A stretch of DNA of 64,000 bases from Thecamonas trahens ATCC 50062 (Eukaryota > Protista > Apusomonadida): assembly GCF_000142905.1 (NCBI RefSeq), contig NW_013657676.1:496001-560000 (forward strand). The letters run 5' to 3'. Made by a program: the position numbers and the translations under genes. The notes beneath the pieces are model-generated. The model was not told where the DNA came from, made no database searches, and saw only the letters and a program-made list of their open reading frames with translations. Shown in pieces: positions 63,466 through 64,000 of the stretch; the first letter of the stretch is position 1, and the number at the start of each line of letters is the position of its first letter.

Positions 63466-64000
63466 TTACACCAGCATCAATGACGCTAGCTGCGTAAACT
63501 GCGCCTCGTTGAGGACCAACTGCGCTCCGCCTGCCGCGCCTTGCTTGCCCAGCCCCGAGCTCACCGTCACTTCGGCGATCTTCGCCCCGACGTCGCCCTC
63601 AGCGAGCGCCTTGTTGAGCTGCGGTGAGCCAAAGGCGCCAAAGGCCACCCCGGACCGGCGCCTGGCAGCCCACGACCAAGCACCCGTCGGACTCGGTCAT
63701 TCACCTCGGCGGCCTTGACGCTCAGCGACGCCGCGTACTCTTGCTCCGCCAGCCACCGCGCCCGCGCCTGCTCGTCTGCCAGCGACACGACTCGCGGCTG
63801 CGCCAGCGCCGTCCGCGTCTCCCGCAGCAATGAGCCGAGCTCGCCGCGTGCAGTCTGCACCTCGTCGGCAAACGCTTGCAGCGCCGCCGCTCGCTTTGCC
63901 GCCGCCGCCCCACTTCGCGCCTTGGCCGGGCCCAGCGCCAATGCGTGCTTGGCCTGCCGCGCCTTGAGCGCTGCCGCCCCGGGGGTCGCCTCGGCCTTAC
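63466..64000 (-). CDS. 3' part of a hypothetical Ala-rich protein running off the window
   Basis: ORFs 63567-63941 and 63466-63648 are probably joined across a frameshift; no recognised motif. Confidence 0.4.

Overview
Gene-dense, GC-rich eukaryotic (protist) genomic DNA with GT-AG spliceosomal introns, (CA)n/(CT)n tracts near gene starts and very short intergenic distances. The overall style resembles an apusomonad such as Thecamonas; this is an inference only. About 38 protein-coding genes are supported. They include a CHORD-CS co-chaperone, a CAP-Gly protein, an LRR protein, condensin CAP-D2, histone H2A.Z, a cAMP-receptor-like GPCR, a PIN-fold protein, an XEG113-like GT77 glycosyltransferase, an amino-acid transporter, NDUFS8, an ABCC transporter, a herpes-tegument-like (VTD) deubiquitinase, NBR1, RPS13, EI24, PLAC8, KDSR, a PILS-like carrier, OCRL/INPP5B, AP-4 sigma, an alpha-arrestin, sepiapterin reductase, RER1 and an attractin-like receptor. 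There is one complete hAT transposon (20460-23203; 14-bp TIRs, 8-bp TSD) and several tandem-repeat arrays. About 11 apparent frameshifts are each repaired by adding one base to a homopolymer run, so they are most likely assembly errors. The most notable observations are a probable CAP-Gly + capping-protein-interaction (CPI) fusion, the compact intact hAT inserted at a (CA)n/(CT)n junction, the VTD-type deubiquitinase head-to-head with NBR1, plant-type XEG113 and PILS genes, a Kelch-less mini-attractin, and a structured 98-bp tandem array with CpG-type decay. No CRISPR array, rRNA or tRNA was recognised.
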